This document shows positions 63,250-64,000 of a stretch of DNA of 64,000 nucleotides, piece after piece (position 1 is the first letter of the stretch; the number at the start of each line of letters is the position of its first letter). The DNA lies in contig JAVBPE010000018.1 of NCBI GenBank assembly GCA_031549865.1, forward strand, positions 20,208 through 84,207, read 5' to 3'. The translations under genes and the position numbers were made by a program. Origin of the DNA: Anaeroplasmataceae bacterium (GTDB taxonomy: Bacteria; Bacillota_I; Bacilli_A; Acholeplasmatales; Anaeroplasmataceae). The notes beneath the pieces are model-generated. The model had not been told where the DNA came from. It saw only the letters and a list, made by a program, of their open reading frames with translations, and made no database searches.

Positions 63250-64000
63250 GAAATGCAGACATAAAATTGAAAAACAGAAAAGGCGAAGAAGTAACCTATC
63301 TTGAAGTATCAAAAGTACAGTTTGAAACACCAACTGAAGATAAGGTTACTTTTAGCTATGGTGACATGGTAAGTGGCAATATAACACTTGACTTTTCTCA
63401 AGGAAATCAAGAAGTAAGTTCAGCTGACAATGAGTTATACAATCATGTTATTATTCAAAAACCATCCACATTCATTCCAGAAAATATTGCAGAAGGAGTT
63501 GAAATTGCAGGTTTACTTGGAACATTTCAAGGTGCAGGTGAAAAGCCAAAGTTAAGGACACCAACAATAACCAGAAGTGGTGATCTTATTACTATTACAA
63601 ATCCATCCACTAACGGGACATATGTCGAAAAATATTTGATTTATGTTAGTGGAATATTAACTAAAGAACAAACAACCACTACATTTTCAGTTGCAAGTTT
63701 TGATCTTCAGGGCAATATCAATTTTGCAGTATCCTTATTTGCAAAAGGATTTGAAGAATCAGATAAAAGCACAACGATAGCAGTCATCACTTATGCAATA
63801 CACTTTGTTCTAGATGAAATTGCAAGCACAAACGCAGCAAAACTTATTACTCAGAACTTGACATTTGCAACGGTTCTTTCTGCATCGAATAACAAGTTTA
63901 TACCAGAAGATATTGAAGTTACGATGGGCGGACAGGCTTGTGATTATTTATGGAATAGTTACACAGGAGACTTATCAGTTTCAAACGTAACAGGAGATAT
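63246..64000 (+). CDS. Tail fibre / receptor-binding-region protein, 5' part (continues past the window)
   Basis: ATGA overlap with the preceding gene. I read the frame as open for all about 251 codons to the window edge. It is not in the ORF track because no stop lies inside the window. Confidence 0.5.
   Translation, partial: MRNADIKLKNRKGEEVTYLEVSKVQFETPTEDKVTFSYGDMVSGNITLDFSQGNQEVSSADNELYNHVIIQKPSTFIPENIAEGVEIAGLLGTFQGAGEKPKLRTPTITRSGDLITITNPSTNGTYVEKYLIYVSGILTKEQTTTTFSVASFDLQGNINFAVSLFAKGFEESDKSTTIAVITYAIHFVLDEIASTNAAKLITQNLTFATVLSASNNKFIPEDIEVTMGGQACDYLWNSYTGDLSVSNVTGD

Larger units (their letters stand above)
35960..64000 (+). mobile_element. Siphovirus-like prophage or phage-derived element (left end approximate; continues beyond the window)
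   Basis: Uninterrupted + strand run of replication, packaging, HK97-type head and long-tail genes. Visibly higher GC than the host. Only one small minus-strand gene. Confidence 0.85.

Overview
Very AT-rich chromosome segment, by eye about 25-30% GC in the left 23 kb. It looks like a Bacillota-type organism using the standard code, since TGA is used as a stop. Positions 1-23170 hold core housekeeping genes, almost all on the + strand: the 3' part of a U32 peptidase, greA, a MacB-type ABC transporter, a pro-sigmaK-like sigma factor, yqeG-yqeH-yqeK-rsfS, gpmI, a Leu T-box plus leuA, an FMN riboswitch plus ribU, eno, secG, rnr and smpB. A three-gene XRE-HTH / ABC-type ATPase / TOPRIM-like cassette (2603-4711) interrupts this block and looks like a small PARIS/OLD-type defence islet. 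The tmRNA gene (23194-23572) marks a sharp boundary, and everything downstream (about 40 kb) looks horizontally acquired. (i) 24256-35922 is a single-promoter, single-terminator six-gene cluster built around a Type I R-M system with three unusual additions. These are an HsdM-like protein with degenerate catalytic motifs fused to one TRD, an ADP-ribosylglycohydrolase fused in frame to an intact HsdM (followed by a second intact HsdM, HsdS and HsdR), and a 640-aa ImmA/IrrE-type HExxH protein with a C-terminal XRE-like HTH. This is my best candidate for an undescribed system. (ii) From about 35960 to the window end is a visibly GC-richer (roughly 38-45% by eye), all-plus-strand siphovirus-like prophage. 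It has a replication module, RusA, a late activator, HNH, P27-type TerS, TerL, HK97-type portal/protease/capsid, tail genes with a G/GT -1 frameshift, and a tape measure. It also carries accessory genes: a low-GC R-x4-H (HEPN-like) protein, and a phage MetK plus ParB-DNA methyltransferase pair sitting between terS and terL. No integrase, repressor, CRISPR array, rRNA or tRNA was seen. All family assignments come from motif recognition by eye; no searches were run.
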